Shown here: in pieces, positions 63,101-64,000 of the stretch | How positions within the stretch are numbered: the stretch's first letter is position 1 | How the letters are laid out: the number at the start of each line of letters is the position of its first letter | Source of the DNA: Tubiluchus corallicola | Lineage: Eukaryota > Animalia > Priapulida | DNA length: 64,000 nucleotides | Direction of reading: 5' to 3' | Assembly: GCA_030141605.1 (NCBI GenBank) | Contig: JAQGDQ010000064.1 | Span: 1-64,000, forward strand | The notes under the pieces: generated by a model | The model's database searches: none | Told to the model about the DNA's origin: nothing | The model's input: the letters and a program-made list of their open reading frames with translations, nothing else | Position numbers and translations under genes: made by a program

Positions 63101-63287
63101 TTTGAAAGTTTTACAATTATTAAAGGGTACTTCTGGAGCGCTTTACGTTCAAAAGTATGGCTTTTTATGCTCTTGTCAGTTTTGCATGTTTTGTTTTATC
63201 ATCTGGCCCAAATGAAGTGTTAGTAAGGGATACATACACACAGTTATATATATATTTCTTATAATTTTAAATAATTCTTTTTATCCA

Positions 63288-63516
63288 TATATGGATAAAA
63301 AGAATTATTTAAAATTATAAGAAAATGACAGACAGCTACGAAAGCCATATGCATATATATATATTATATATATTATATATATATTATATATATATATATA
63401 TAATGCCTACGAAATATAGACAGCTACGAAAGCCAATAATATATCATGTATATATATATGGATAAAAAGAATTTTATTTAAAATTATAAGAAAATGACAG
63501 ACAGCTACGAAAGCCA
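63288..63516. repeat. Direct repeat of ~60 bp interleaved with (TA)n
   Basis: atatggataaaaagaatt...gacagacagctacgaaagccat at ~63288 and ~63457, with a partial third copy at 63418-63435. Confidence 0.85.
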
Positions 63517-64000
63517 TGAAAAAATTTATAGGCTATATGTCAGTGCTGCAATGCTTGAAAAATGTGGCTAAAATGCTAAAAAAATGCCGCAAAAGATTAA
63601 TCGTGATATCGAACAGATCTCTGGTTAAAGTATAAAACCACTCAGTTGCCTCATTTGAGTTACTACCAGTACCTTTGACTAAATCTTCTGCCCTACTTGC
63701 TTTTGTACTTTACACCTGTGATTCATAATATTACTTCGGCTGATGTTGCACAACCATCGGCGTCATCTTACAATCTGCAGAGGAACAGTGCTTGTTTGAC
63801 TAGTGTCAAACCACAGTTGATGACACCTTACTGCTTGCAGAAGAGCACAGAATGTTTGTGGTACATTAAGCTCTAATCCTGGTTAGGTTTTAATATAAAT
63901 AGACTGTGTTTATTTTACCGGATGAAACATATCAGTGATAAGCTGAAACTACAATTTATTCCCAGGTACAATGTATGATAAGTAAACTTTGTTGCTAGGA

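Overview
AT-rich, intron-rich animal (probably invertebrate bilaterian) genomic DNA, not prokaryotic. Most ORF-track entries are spurious, so genes were rebuilt by hand from splice sites and protein similarity recalled from memory. The window holds: (1) the 3' part of a Musashi (Msi) RRM gene on + (coding exons 7551-33957, a 16.25-kb intron, a 3'UTR intron and a long putative 3'UTR to ~40030); (2) a small membrane-protein gene on - (40937-41188) resembling UQCC3/Cbp4; (3) a complete 16-exon CDC45 gene on + (42533-59317, 558 aa), head-to-head with gene 2, with a U12-type intron and a 5'-truncated CR1/L2-group LINE with an open ORF in its last intron; (4) the first three exons of an unidentified Ser/Arg-rich protein gene (60708-62795, continuing out of view); and many LINE fragments, MITEs, tandem duplications and microsatellites. 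The most striking signal is an alternative-splicing system in Musashi. Two tandemly duplicated, apparently mutually exclusive exons encode the last strand of RRM2 (VECKAAQPK vs VECKKAQPK). A 35-nt stop-containing exon would replace the conserved C-terminus and is placed to trigger NMD through the 3'UTR intron. All splice models are predictions; no expression data or database search was available.
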